Below, piece after piece: positions 27,798 through 37,717 of a DNA stretch of 64,000 nt. The stretch comes from an uncultured Campylobacterales bacterium (GTDB lineage Bacteria; Campylobacterota; Campylobacteria; Campylobacterales; Sulfurimonadaceae), in NCBI GenBank assembly GCA_903885085.1, contig CAISHH010000154.1, forward strand, positions 1,694 to 65,693, in the 5' to 3' direction. Every line of letters starts with the position of its first letter. Positions within the stretch are counted from its first letter, which is position 1. A program made the position numbers and the translations under genes. The notes under the pieces were generated by a model. That model was not told where the DNA came from and ran no database searches. It was given only the letters and a program-made list of their open reading frames with translations.

Positions 27798-28085
27798 CTA
27801 ACCTAAAACTTCAAGCTCGTCTGTGTATTTACTCAGACAGTATGGCTCATAACTTGATTTGTAAACCGCATAGTGTGCAGAGTTTTTATGTCCATCAAGC
27901 GCGGCTTCATCTCTCCAGCTCTCATACGCCATAAATTTTTCTGGTTTGTTTTCATACTGAAAAATCTCATAAAAAAGACAACCATCTTCTGCTTTTGAAG
28001 GTTCGACCATCGCGCTTAAAAGCTTTTTCATCATCTCTATTGCCTCTGGTTTTGCTATAAAAGTCACACGTTTTGTAATTGCCAT
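27798..28085 (-). CDS. Antibiotic-biosynthesis-monooxygenase (ABM) fold protein, LsrG-like by context
   Basis: 95 aa with a single ABM/ferredoxin-like domain (FYEIFQYENKPEKFMAYESWRDEAALDGHKNSAHY). Stop is 3 nt from the aldolase start, in the same operon as lsrK. Confidence 0.55.
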   Translation of the reverse strand: MAITKRVTFIAKPEAIEMMKKLLSAMVEPSKAEDGCLFYEIFQYENKPEKFMAYESWRDEAALDGHKNSAHYAVYKSSYEPYCLSKYTDELEVLG

Positions 28086-28102
28086 TTTTTGTTCCTAATT
28101 TT

Positions 28103-28846
28103 TTATAATTTTAACCATTTTTTGGCAATTTTTCGAAGTGCTTCAGGGTTTTCTGAGGCAAAAAATTTGATCTCTGGGTTTGGATAACGCTCTATAAAAT
28201 CAAACTCTTTTTCCAAATACTGAGCAATCGCATCACCTGAATGGATCAACTGACACTTTTCGCCAAAATAGTTTTGCAAAGCGGGTGCGATAAGCGGGAA
28301 ATGGGTACATCCGAGGATAAGCGCATCGGGAGATTTGATATCTTCAAAATAGTGTTTGAAAGTAGATTCTAAAATCTCGCCCTCATAAATCTCCTCTTCA
28401 ACAAGCGGCACAAAAAGACCTGTCGCTTTTGCTTCTAAGTTATTGTAGCCAAGAGAGTGGAGTTCATCTTCGTAAGATTTGGAGTTTACGGTCGCTTTTG
28501 TACCGATAATGAGGATATTTGCATCCTTACATGTAAGGGCATTTTTGGCTGCAAGTGCGCCTGATTCTATCACGCCGACAACCGGACAAGTCGCGTTTTC
28601 GCGCATCTCTGTGAGTGCATACGCGCTGACGGTATTGCACGCGACTACGATAAGATCAAGTTCGAAGTTTTTGAAAAACTCTACGGCTTCTATAGCGTAA
28701 CGGATGATAGTATTTTTATCTTTAATCCCATAAGGCACACGTGCAGTGTCACCAAAATAGATGATCTCTTCAAAAAATTGGTGTTCTAACAGTGACTTAA
28801 CAACCGTCAATCCGCCGATTCCGCTATCAAAAACACCTACTTTCAT
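28103..28846 (-). CDS. murI: Glutamate racemase
   Basis: VGVFDSGIGGLTV, VVACNTVSA and LGCTHFPL (the two catalytic Cys motifs). Confidence 0.93.
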   Translation of the reverse strand: MKVGVFDSGIGGLTVVKSLLEHQFFEEIIYFGDTARVPYGIKDKNTIIRYAIEAVEFFKNFELDLIVVACNTVSAYALTEMRENATCPVVGVIESGALAAKNALTCKDANILIIGTKATVNSKSYEDELHSLGYNNLEAKATGLFVPLVEEEIYEGEILESTFKHYFEDIKSPDALILGCTHFPLIAPALQNYFGEKCQLIHSGDAIAQYLEKEFDFIERYPNPEIKFFASENPEALRKIAKKWLKL

Positions 28847-30180
28847 TACTGGTTATTCATACTTTCTAAGAACTCTGCATTCGTTTTATTTTTCATCATC
28901 GTTGTATATAAGAAACGAAGTGCTTCGACCTCATCATCTTGCTTATGAAGCATAGAGCGAAGAATAAACACTTTTTGAAGTATTTCAGGAGAGATAAGAA
29001 GCTCCTCTTTACGAGTTCCTGATTTTAGAATATCGATAGCTGGATAGATACGACGTTCTGAAATTTTACGGCTGAGGACTAACTCCGAGTTCCCCGTACC
29101 TTTAAACTCTTCAAAGATGACCTCGTCCATTTTTGAACCTGTCTCGATGAGTGCAGTCGCGATAATCGTTAAACTTCCGCCATTTTCAATATTACGAGCC
29201 GCTCCAAAAAAGCGTTTTGGTTTGTGAAGTGCATTTGCATCAACCCCGCCTGAGAGTACTTTTCCACTTGATGGCGTGACAGTGTTATATGCACGAGCAA
29301 GACGTGTGATAGAATCAAGCAAGATAACGACATGATGTCCAAGTTCCACGCGGCGTTTTGCACGTTCGATCACCATTTCAGCCACTTTTACGTGGTTTTT
29401 TGCAGGCATATCAAAAGTCGAGCTGTAAACTTCGCCTCTAACACTTCGCTCCATATCCGTAACCTCTTCAGGTCGCTCATCTACAAGTAAGACCATCAAG
29501 TCCATATCTGCATGATTGTGCGTGATACCGTTTGCAATCTCTTTTAGAAGTTCAGTTTTACCCGTTCTAGGAGGTGCAACTACAAGTCCACGCTGACCGC
29601 GACCGATAGGAGCAAAAAGATCCATCATACGACCAGTGAGTTTGTTTGCTTGGTATTCGAGCTTGATTTGACTTGTTGCATAAATAGGTGTGAGGTTTTC
29701 AAAAAGAGGACGCTTTTTGCTCTCTTCAGGTGGAAGGTAGTTGATCGCTTCGATTTTTAGAAGTGCATAATAACGCTCTTGCTCTTTTGGAGGACGCACT
29801 TGACCTGTAACGCTGTCTCCATTACGAAGGGCAAAACGCTTGATCTGTGTACTTGAAACATACGCATCATGAACACTGTCACCGAAATCTTTATCTATAG
29901 TACGTAAAAATCCGTAACCATCAGACATCATCTCTAAGATACCCGTAAATAGGATGAATCCACCCTGTTCTACTTGTGCTTTTAGGATTTCAAAAATAAT
30001 ATCCTGACGTATAAGCTCATTTGGGTTTTCAACATTGAGTTCATTTGCGATCACTACAAGTTCTGCTGTAGTCTTCGTTCTGAGATCTTCTATTTTATGA
30101 CCTACAACGGGCGTGTGGGTTCTATTTTTCGTACTTTTTTTGTTTGGTGTCGGAGTTTGTTCAGCCATTAATTGCTTCAC
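28846..30180 (-). CDS. rho: Transcription termination factor Rho
   Basis: N-terminal RNA-binding domain ([14 protein letters not shown]), Walker [44 protein letters not shown]. Confidence 0.96.
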   Translation of the reverse strand: MKQLMAEQTPTPNKKSTKNRTHTPVVGHKIEDLRTKTTAELVVIANELNVENPNELIRQDIIFEILKAQVEQGGFILFTGILEMMSDGYGFLRTIDKDFGDSVHDAYVSSTQIKRFALRNGDSVTGQVRPPKEQERYYALLKIEAINYLPPEESKKRPLFENLTPIYATSQIKLEYQANKLTGRMMDLFAPIGRGQRGLVVAPPRTGKTELLKEIANGITHNHADMDLMVLLVDERPEEVTDMERSVRGEVYSSTFDMPAKNHVKVAEMVIERAKRRVELGHHVVILLDSITRLARAYNTVTPSSGKVLSGGVDANALHKPKRFFGAARNIENGGSLTIIATALIETGSKMDEVIFEEFKGTGNSELVLSRKISERRIYPAIDILKSGTRKEELLISPEILQKVFILRSMLHKQDDEVEALRFLYTTMMKNKTNAEFLESMNNQ

Positions 30181-30316
30181 CTTGTTTAAGTTAGATTTAT
30201 TGCGAATATGAAAGATTTGTATAGATTTTGAAGTATTGTTTTACACTTTTAGTAATCGTATTTTACCCTCATTTATGTTATTATGTCAAGAACTCACTCA
30301 AATTAAGGTTTAAACC

Positions 30317-31522
30317 ATGAAAAATAGGTTTTATTTTGACACCAAACCAAACGAAAATATTCTTGAATTGATTAAAGCTGAAAGAGAAGAGATAGGCTTT
30401 TATGAACTTTGCCATAACGATGTAAGTGAATATGAAGCATACGCAAAGAGCATAGATGCGCAAGACATCGTCGTTGTCGGTATTGGTGGCAGTGCACTTG
30501 GAACCTCTGCAATTTACAAATTTTTAAAATATACCAACCATTTTTCAAAAAAACTCCATGTTATAGAAACAACAGACCCTCTTGTTATCACTGATGAAAT
30601 GGAACATATCGATCTTCAAAATGCTCATTTTCTTATTATCAGTAAATCGGGAACGACGGTTGAGACGATCTCTGTTTATAAATATATCGCTTCAATCATA
30701 GAAATCACTTCTAAAAACTGTACCATTATTACCGATGAGGGCTCACTTCTTGAAAAGCACGCAATTGACAGTGATATCAAAGTGTTTCATATTCCTCATA
30801 ATGTCGGCGGAAGATTTTCAGTTTTAAGTGCCGTGGGACTTGTACCTTTAGCTATGATTGGCATCGATATCAGGTCTCTTTTAGATGGCGCAAAAAAGAT
30901 CTATAACTCATTTTTCAATCAAGAGGGTTATGATACTTCACTTTTGAAAAAAGCAACTTATTATGCTCAAACTGCAAATACTTATAATATTAATTGTTTA
31001 TTTAGCTACTCAGAAGTTTTTCGGGAGTTCAACGCATGGTATGTGCAACTTTGGGGAGAAAGCCTTGGGAAAAAACAGATCCATTCACAGTTACATGTAG
31101 GCCTAACTCCAGTCGGACTTATCGGGCCCACAGATCAGCACTCTTTTTTACAACTTATCGTTGATGGAAAACGTGATAAAAGTGTGACTGTAATCAAGAT
31201 AAATAATTTTGAAAACGCAATGGAAGTGCCAAATAACTCATTGAAACATTTAGAGTCTTTGGATGTTTTGAATGGATATAAATTTTCAGAGATTATCAAT
31301 ATGCAAGCTGATTCTATTGTCGAATCTCTTCTCTCACTTGAACATATCCCTCTCGATGTTATCGAAATCTCTCAAATCAATGCCCATTCTATCGGTGAAC
31401 TTATCTACTATTATGAGCTTCTAGCAGCGCTTGTTGGAAAAATGCTTGATATCAACACTTATGACCAACCTGGCGTAGAGATGGGCAAGATCATCCTCAA
31501 AGAGAAACTAAACAAAAAATAA
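30317..31522 (+). CDS. pgi: Glucose-6-phosphate isomerase (short type)
   Basis: VVGIGGSALG, ISKSGTTVET, GGRFSVLSAVGL, QLWGESLGK, TDQHSFLQL. Confidence 0.88.
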   Translation: MKNRFYFDTKPNENILELIKAEREEIGFYELCHNDVSEYEAYAKSIDAQDIVVVGIGGSALGTSAIYKFLKYTNHFSKKLHVIETTDPLVITDEMEHIDLQNAHFLIISKSGTTVETISVYKYIASIIEITSKNCTIITDEGSLLEKHAIDSDIKVFHIPHNVGGRFSVLSAVGLVPLAMIGIDIRSLLDGAKKIYNSFFNQEGYDTSLLKKATYYAQTANTYNINCLFSYSEVFREFNAWYVQLWGESLGKKQIHSQLHVGLTPVGLIGPTDQHSFLQLIVDGKRDKSVTVIKINNFENAMEVPNNSLKHLESLDVLNGYKFSEIINMQADSIVESLLSLEHIPLDVIEISQINAHSIGELIYYYELLAALVGKMLDINTYDQPGVEMGKIILKEKLNKK

Positions 31523-31523
31523 C

Positions 31524-32813
31524 TTAAGATTCTTTGTAAGTATCTCTTGCAAAGATAAAACGGTTGATACCGTTGTCATACTCATAAGCTAACACTTGCT
31601 TATGAGCTTTTAATATTGAATCCACAAGATATAAACCCAAACCAAAACTGTTTTGTGATGAAGACTCTTTTGTAAATGGTTCTATATAAAAGTTAAGTGG
31701 ATACTTCAGCCTCGCGCCTTTGCTTTCAAAACAGAGTTCCGCATCGACGATCACTATGTTAATATGCTTATCTGGCGAATATTTCATCGCATTGTCAATC
31801 ATATTTTTAATAGCAGTCGTATAAAGTCTATAATTTGCCACGAGCTTAGCCGAGCTTTTAATATCAACTTCTATATGCTCAGGTTCCACCATCGACATAT
31901 CTATCGCACCATCTATGATATCTACTATTCTGTATTCGGAAAATTCTTTTCTACTTGTCAGCGAAGTCACCTCTTCTATCATGGCAAAATCATTCACAAG
32001 TGTTTCTAGTCGACCAAAAATAGAGGTAAATCTATCGCGCTGTTTTTGTGATTCAAGCATCTGTGTCGCGATAGTTCCCTTTGCGATGGGAGTTTTAAGC
32101 TCATGCATAATATTGCGTAAGAAAAGAGTCCGAGCGCTCAGCATAGAGTTAATCTTCAGTCTCGCAGTCTCAAGCTCATTGGCGATAACTGCTATTTCAT
32201 CTTTTCCCTTCACTTTAAAAGAGACATTCAAATTTCCCGCACCAAAAAGTGCAATTCTTTGAAATAAGCGTATTAAGGGGCGAAGTCTTTGCAATATAAG
32301 CATAAACGATATGATGATAATAGAGGTAATACTCACATAACTCGAAATTAAACTCCACGGTTTATAGGGTTTAAGCGTCGAATCGATCACCATGATAGAG
32401 CCCATATTTGTACGTATATAAAAATAGATGGCATTTTGATACTGAAGCATCACTGTTTTTACACGCGATGATCCTTGATACATCATATTTGTATTTTCTG
32501 CCAAATCATCATTACGCCTAACATTTCTACTTTCTTGTGTCAGAATCTTCCCTATTTTTAAAATCTGTTGTGCTTTTTTCTCAGGAATCGCAGAAAGATT
32601 ATAGATAGCAAGATTGGCATCAAAAATAGCCGTTGAGCTTTGATTTTGCTGATATTCGTGAAAAAGCTGGGTGATTACAGAGTGTTTTGCGAAGATATTG
32701 GTGACATACCTTGTATAGTTTAGCTGATAAAACTGCCAAAAAACATAACTCACGCTCACGAGCGTTACAAAAAGCGCAAATAAAACGGTGAGTAAAACTG
32801 CGTGGCGTCTCAT
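31524..32813 (-). CDS. Sensor histidine kinase (two TM, HAMP, HisKA, HATPase_c)
   Basis: H-box FLRNIMHELKTPI, N-box IDNAMKYS, G-box GLGLYLV. Overlaps the response regulator gene by 4 nt. Confidence 0.88.
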   Translation of the reverse strand: MRRHAVLLTVLFALFVTLVSVSYVFWQFYQLNYTRYVTNIFAKHSVITQLFHEYQQNQSSTAIFDANLAIYNLSAIPEKKAQQILKIGKILTQESRNVRRNDDLAENTNMMYQGSSRVKTVMLQYQNAIYFYIRTNMGSIMVIDSTLKPYKPWSLISSYVSITSIIIISFMLILQRLRPLIRLFQRIALFGAGNLNVSFKVKGKDEIAVIANELETARLKINSMLSARTLFLRNIMHELKTPIAKGTIATQMLESQKQRDRFTSIFGRLETLVNDFAMIEEVTSLTSRKEFSEYRIVDIIDGAIDMSMVEPEHIEVDIKSSAKLVANYRLYTTAIKNMIDNAMKYSPDKHINIVIVDAELCFESKGARLKYPLNFYIEPFTKESSSQNSFGLGLYLVDSILKAHKQVLAYEYDNGINRFIFARDTYKES

Positions 32814-33472
32814 TTTATGAGTTTATATCCCACGCCTCGAACAGATTCTATGAGTGATTTATCTCCAAGCTTATTTCTAATACGCCCAACCATTACATCG
32901 ATACTTTTATTTGATGAATCTTCATTAATGGCATTGACATTATGGATAAGATCTTCACGTGATACAACATTGCCCTGTTTTTGGATCATATATGACAAGA
33001 TGCCATACTCTGCATTTGTCAGATCAAGCGAACGTCCTTTATAATGTATCTGCATTGAAGAAGTATCACATTTAAAATCACTCTTCATCTCATCTTTTTG
33101 AGATACTTTTGTTTCGTATCTGCGAAGAACAGAGTGAATGCGTGCTTCAAGCTCACGCGGATCATATGGTTTTGGCAGATAATCATCCGCTCCGAGCGCA
33201 AGTGCTGTAACTTTATCTGTCACATCGCTTCTTGCTGAAGAAATAATAATAGGAATATCTTGACGCTCACGGATTGCTTCGCATACTTCCAAACCATCCA
33301 TTCCCGGAAGTGTAAGGTCAAGGATAACCAAATCAAAAGGTTCTAATTTTAAGATACTCACAGCTTTGAAAGGATCATCCTCCGTCACTATCTTAAAATC
33401 AAACTGTTCGAGATACTCTGTGAGTATCTCTGCTAATTCCAAATCATCTTCTATCATAAGTATTTTATTCAT
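32810..33472 (-). CDS. OmpR-family response regulator
   Basis: REC domain (ILMIEDD...LVILDLTLPGMDG...SAR) plus a winged-helix output (LTNAEYGILSYMI...VGRIRNKL...VRGVGYKL). Confidence 0.92.
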   Translation of the reverse strand: MNKILMIEDDLELAEILTEYLEQFDFKIVTEDDPFKAVSILKLEPFDLVILDLTLPGMDGLEVCEAIRERQDIPIIISSARSDVTDKVTALALGADDYLPKPYDPRELEARIHSVLRRYETKVSQKDEMKSDFKCDTSSMQIHYKGRSLDLTNAEYGILSYMIQKQGNVVSREDLIHNVNAINEDSSNKSIDVMVGRIRNKLGDKSLIESVRGVGYKLIK

Positions 33473-33529
33473 AATGATACTTTAACGCATTTCTCTTAAT
33501 GTTTGGATAATAAAGTGATATTCCATTAT

Positions 33530-33544
33530 TGATAACAATTATCA
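33530..33544. promoter_or_regulatory. Fur-box-like palindrome upstream of the porin-feoAB operon
   Basis: TGATAA-CAA-TTATCA has perfect 6-bp arms. It matches 12 of 14 positions of the core TGATAATCATTATC of the classical Fur box GATAATGATAATCATTATC. It lies 27 nt upstream of the likely GTG start. Confidence 0.55.
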
Positions 33545-33570
33545 TTACAAAAATAAAAGAAGGATTGATT

Positions 33571-34770
33571 GTGAAATTAATAGCAAAAGTTTTTTTGATA
33601 TGCGCATATACTCTTAATCTCTCTGCTCAAACTCAGCTTATAGATATTTTCAAAGATGGGGTGGTGTCAGGACAAATAGACTCTACATACATACAGCAAA
33701 ATTTTCAAAATGCGACAGACACGAACAACTATGCAACCGCGCTTGGCGGAAAACTAAAATATGAAACAGCTTCATTTGAAGGATTCAATACGGCGGTTGC
33801 TTTTTATACCTCGCAAGATATAAATTTTGCCACAGGAGATCGTTCTAAAGGGAAACAAAATAGTGAGCTCTCTTCAGACAAAGGAAGTTATACTCAGGCG
33901 GCTGAAGCTTATATCAATTATGGATATGAAGGTTTCAATCTCCGCGCAGGACGTCAAGTTATTGACACGCCTTTAGCAGATAGCGATTCAATCCGTATCA
34001 TACAAAATACGTTTGAAGCCTACATCGCAACTTATACAAATGATGCATTAACGTTTCAAGCTGGAAAACTTGTAAGCTGGCAAGGTTATGATGCGGGATT
34101 GGAAAATGGTTTTACACCAGTCGGTAAACAAGGCGCTTGGCTAGGCTCTGCCTCTTTTTCAAACAACCTTTTTGATGCAAGTGCATGGTTTTATAATGTA
34201 ACTGATTTTTCAAATCTCTTTTACACAGATGCAGGTACGCACATACACGTCAACAATGATGTACTCTTACATGTAAGGGCGCAATATATCAACGAACAAG
34301 AGTTAAAACAAAGTACAATAAATGCACAACTTTATGGAGTTAAAAGTACAGTCGAATTTGAGGGATTTGCTATAAGTACTGCTTATAACAAAGCTTTAGT
34401 AGGTAAAGATAAAACGAGTTTCAGCGGTTTTGGCGGCGGAGCCTTATATACAAATATGGATACAATGATTTTAAAAGAAATCGCTACAGACCGCGATGCA
34501 GAAGCTTTTGTTGGTGGAATCAGTTATACCTACGATAATATCAAACTCATTTACGCTTATGGAGATTTTCACGGTAGTGCAAATAGTTTAGGAGAAAAAG
34601 CGGATATCATTGAGCATAACATAGGTTTTGAATATAATATCAATAATGATTTGAAACTTTCTGCAATTTATGCAAAAGATATCGATAAGATTGACCCAAA
34701 TAATACACAAACCAATTGGGATAGGGTACAAATAAATATAGCATACAATTTTGGAGGCAAAAGCAAATGA
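33571..34770 (+). CDS. Outer-membrane porin (OprD-like beta-barrel)
   Basis: GTG at 33571 is preceded by AAGGA (6-nt spacer) and gives the signal peptide MKLIAKVFLICAYTLNLSAQ. The track start at 33529 (TTG) overlaps the Fur box. The sequence has alternating beta-strand character and ends in an aromatic-rich strand (INIAYNFGG). Confidence 0.6.
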   Translation: MKLIAKVFLICAYTLNLSAQTQLIDIFKDGVVSGQIDSTYIQQNFQNATDTNNYATALGGKLKYETASFEGFNTAVAFYTSQDINFATGDRSKGKQNSELSSDKGSYTQAAEAYINYGYEGFNLRAGRQVIDTPLADSDSIRIIQNTFEAYIATYTNDALTFQAGKLVSWQGYDAGLENGFTPVGKQGAWLGSASFSNNLFDASAWFYNVTDFSNLFYTDAGTHIHVNNDVLLHVRAQYINEQELKQSTINAQLYGVKSTVEFEGFAISTAYNKALVGKDKTSFSGFGGGALYTNMDTMILKEIATDRDAEAFVGGISYTYDNIKLIYAYGDFHGSANSLGEKADIIEHNIGFEYNINNDLKLSAIYAKDIDKIDPNNTQTNWDRVQINIAYNFGGKSK

Positions 34771-34991
34771 ATCTTTTAGAGTGTAAACAAAATGATATTT
34801 TAGAGGTCGTCAAACTTAATACACAAGGTGAATTAAGACAAAGACTTGTCTCTTTTGGTGTTTTAAAAGGAGCAACCATTAGCTTACTTGGATATTCTCC
34901 GACAAAAAGTACGGTTGAGATCAAAGTGGGCAAGATGAATATAGCGCTTCGCAAAGACGAAGCCAAAGCAATCGAGGTAAAAACAATATGA
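34767..34991 (+). CDS. feoA: Ferrous iron transport protein A
   Basis: 74-aa FeoA/SH3-like protein (LRQRLVSFGVLKGATISL). Overlaps both neighbours by 4 nt. Confidence 0.85.
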   Translation: MNLLECKQNDILEVVKLNTQGELRQRLVSFGVLKGATISLLGYSPTKSTVEIKVGKMNIALRKDEAKAIEVKTI

Positions 34992-37099
34992 AAAAAATAA
35001 AAATAGCTCTTGTCGGACAACCCAATGTGGGCAAAAGTATGCTCATTAACTCCATCTCAAATGCTCACTTACATGTAGGCAATTTTACGGGTGTTACAGT
35101 TGAAAAGAGTGAAGTGCTTTTCAACTATGAAGGCTATAAAGTCAACATTGTCGATCTTCCAGGGACTTATATGCTGAGTGAATACTCCATCGAAGAGAAA
35201 GTCACTACGAACTTTTTATGTGAAGAAGAGTATGACATCATCGTCAATGTTGTAGATTCCACTAACTTGCAGAGAAATCTTCAGCTCACCTCAGAACTTC
35301 TAAACATGAATAAAAAGCTCGTCATCGCGCTCAACATGAGCGATGAAGCAAAAAAAGAGGGAATTCATATAAATACAAAACTCTTTTCAGAGCTTTTAGG
35401 TGTAAAAACTATTGCTGTTTCTGCGGCTACAAAAGAGGGAATCAAAACATTGCTTGACGCAATTATTCAAACTTTTGAAAGCCCTCTTGATGAATCTAAA
35501 CTTATCTTCAGCGAGCCGATAGAAGAAGAGATTGAAAATATCATCACTTGTTTTACAAATCACCATTTTAAATCTCATAACTCTTTTCGACGTATTGCAA
35601 TCAATCTTTTACAAAATAAAGAAAAAACATACAAAAAGATGCATGATGATCCTATTTGGATAGAGCTTCAGCCCATCTTACATGAAGCAAACAAACACTT
35701 TGCATTGCACCATAGAACAGAAGATATTCAAGATATCTTTGCAGAGGAGTATATGGCATTTAATAAAGGTATTGTCGCAGAAGTACTGACACAGGATAAT
35801 TTAGTCCTTCAAGAGATAAGCACAACAGATAAAATAGATAAAATCCTTATTCATCCCGTTCTTGGAATCCCGATTTTTCTCTTTTTGATGTGGGGACTTT
35901 TCCAACTAACCTTTACACTTGGTTCTATCCCGATGGTATGGATTGATGAATTTTTTAAATGGTTTGGAACCGTTGTTGGAGCTACTATTCCTAATGATGA
36001 AGTAAAATCACTCATAGTTGATGGTCTTATTTCCGGTGTTGGCGCAGTCGTAATGTTTGTACCAAATATTGTCATTTTATTTATCGGTATTGCTCTTTTA
36101 GAATCTACGGGTTATATGAGTCGTGTTGCTTTCTTACTTGATGGTTTTTTCCACCGTTTTGGCTTACATGGGCAATCTTTTATCCCTCTAGTCACGGGTT
36201 TTGGATGTTCTATTCCAGCTTATATGAGTGCTAGAATCTTAAAAAATGACCGTGACAGACTTCTCACTCTTTTTATTATCGGGTTTATGAGTTGTGGTGC
36301 AAGACTTCCTGTATATGTTCTTTTTGCTGGAGCTTTCTTTGGTGCCAATAGTGCTGGAAATGTTTTATTTGCCATCTATATTAGCGGTGCAATTATCGGA
36401 CTTATAGCGGCAAAAGTATTAAAGATGACAGCATTTAAAGGCAGAGATGAACCTTTTGTTATGGAGATGCCAAAATATCGTCTTCCATCTTTTTCACTTA
36501 TCTGGCATACAGTTAAGACAAAGACGTACATGTACATCAAAAAGGCAGGAACTTTTATCGCCGCAGCATCAATGCTTGTGTGGTTTTTAAGTAATTATCC
36601 GCATAATGCTCAAATGATTGCAGCTCAAAATGCAAAGATAGATCTCGTAACTAATGCAGAAGAAAAAAAGGCATTGCAAACCTCAATGAGTGAAAATCTT
36701 CTTGAACAAAGTTTTTTAGGTCGCATTGGTAAGTTTATAGAACCTGTATTTCAACCTATCGGAATGGACTGGAAAATGGCTGTTGCTTTGCAAACTGGAC
36801 TTGCTGCTAAAGAGGTTGTCGTCTCTACCCTTGGTGTTTTATATTCCGTAGGAGCCGATGCGGATGAGCATAATGACGGATTAATGCAAAGGTTACATGC
36901 AAATATCTCTTTTGCTTCAGCGGTAGCATTTATCGTCATCATTATGACTTATCTGCCATGTTTTGCTGCAACCACTGTTTTTACAAGAGAAGCTGGCGGC
37001 ATTAAATACGGAGTTTATCTCTTTTTACTCACGACAATAGTCGCATATTCTTTGGCATTTTTAGCATATAAAAGTGTTCTTCTTTTAGGCATTTCGTAG
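34988..37099 (+). CDS. feoB: Ferrous iron transporter FeoB
   Basis: N-terminal G domain (GQPNVGKS, DLPGTY, NMSD) plus a polytopic permease with gate motifs. Confidence 0.95.
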   Translation: MKKIKIALVGQPNVGKSMLINSISNAHLHVGNFTGVTVEKSEVLFNYEGYKVNIVDLPGTYMLSEYSIEEKVTTNFLCEEEYDIIVNVVDSTNLQRNLQLTSELLNMNKKLVIALNMSDEAKKEGIHINTKLFSELLGVKTIAVSAATKEGIKTLLDAIIQTFESPLDESKLIFSEPIEEEIENIITCFTNHHFKSHNSFRRIAINLLQNKEKTYKKMHDDPIWIELQPILHEANKHFALHHRTEDIQDIFAEEYMAFNKGIVAEVLTQDNLVLQEISTTDKIDKILIHPVLGIPIFLFLMWGLFQLTFTLGSIPMVWIDEFFKWFGTVVGATIPNDEVKSLIVDGLISGVGAVVMFVPNIVILFIGIALLESTGYMSRVAFLLDGFFHRFGLHGQSFIPLVTGFGCSIPAYMSARILKNDRDRLLTLFIIGFMSCGARLPVYVLFAGAFFGANSAGNVLFAIYISGAIIGLIAAKVLKMTAFKGRDEPFVMEMPKYRLPSFSLIWHTVKTKTYMYIKKAGTFIAAASMLVWFLSNYPHNAQMIAAQNAKIDLVTNAEEKKALQTSMSENLLEQSFLGRIGKFIEPVFQPIGMDWKMAVALQTGLAAKEVVVSTLGVLYSVGADADEHNDGLMQRLHANISFASAVAFIVIIMTYLPCFAATTVFTREAGGIKYGVYLFLLTTIVAYSLAFLAYKSVLLLGIS

Positions 37100-37114
37100 G
37101 TATTTTTTACCTAC
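37096..37114 (+). terminator. Hairpin overlapping the feoB stop
   Basis: GTAGGTA-TTTTT-TACCTAC, a perfect 7-bp stem that includes the TAG stop. No U-tract follows, so terminator function is uncertain. Confidence 0.35.
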
Positions 37115-37117
37115 TGA

Positions 37118-37126
37118 TGCTATAAT
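37118..37126 (+). promoter_or_regulatory. Extended -10 promoter (TGcTATAAT) for the downstream phosphatidyltransferase gene
   Basis: TGCTATAAT lies 18 nt upstream of the ATG at 37145, with RBS AGGA in between. Confidence 0.45.
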
Positions 37127-37144
37127 TGCGCAAAAAGGACAGAG

Positions 37145-37699
37145 ATGAAATTTTTGTGGCAATCTACTTCTCACTTCAATCTTGCAAACCTCTTTACAAT
37201 GGTCAATATTACAGCTGGTTTGATGGCAACTTACTTTATTACTCAAAACAATTTTTTTCTTGCAATCATCCTAGCGTGGGTTGGAGGAGCTTTTGATATC
37301 TTCGATGGCAAGATCGCTAGAAAATATAAACTTTCAAATGAGTTTGGCATTCAACTTGATAGTTTTGCAGACTTCTTATCTTTTGTTCTTGTTCCGGTAT
37401 TTTTGATCTTTCAAGCGGTATATGCAAAAACTGAGGGAGCGATCATCATAGTCGCTTCTGTTATTAGCATTTACTATGTTATTTCAGGACTTCGACGTCT
37501 TATTCAGTTTAACATCAATGCAGACGCTGGTGAAGTTTCTAAGTTTTTTACAGGCGTACCTACTCCACTTGGTGCCATCTTGCTTTGGCTTGTCTATCTT
37601 GCAAACTCTTACACACTGATCCCTGCAGTCGCTGTTGTTTTTTTAATGGCCCTCATTGGATGGAGTTTAAACTCTACACTTAAAGTTCCACATCCATAA
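37145..37699 (+). CDS. CDP-alcohol phosphatidyltransferase family protein (PssA-like)
   Basis: Exact family motif D-G-x2-A-R-x8-G-x3-D-x3-D in FDGKIARKYKLSNEFGIQLDSFAD. Several TM helices. Confidence 0.8.
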   Translation: MKFLWQSTSHFNLANLFTMVNITAGLMATYFITQNNFFLAIILAWVGGAFDIFDGKIARKYKLSNEFGIQLDSFADFLSFVLVPVFLIFQAVYAKTEGAIIIVASVISIYYVISGLRRLIQFNINADAGEVSKFFTGVPTPLGAILLWLVYLANSYTLIPAVAVVFLMALIGWSLNSTLKVPHP

Positions 37700-37717
37700 A
37701 TCAACTAAAGGCTTACT

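Noticed and set aside
30281-30463. ORFs 30281-30463 (-) and 60266-60496 (-) as small membrane proteins.
   Set aside because: They lie antisense to the starts of pgi and of the island small-membrane ORFs respectively. The hydrophobic translation is expected from AT-rich antisense sequence, and neither has an RBS.
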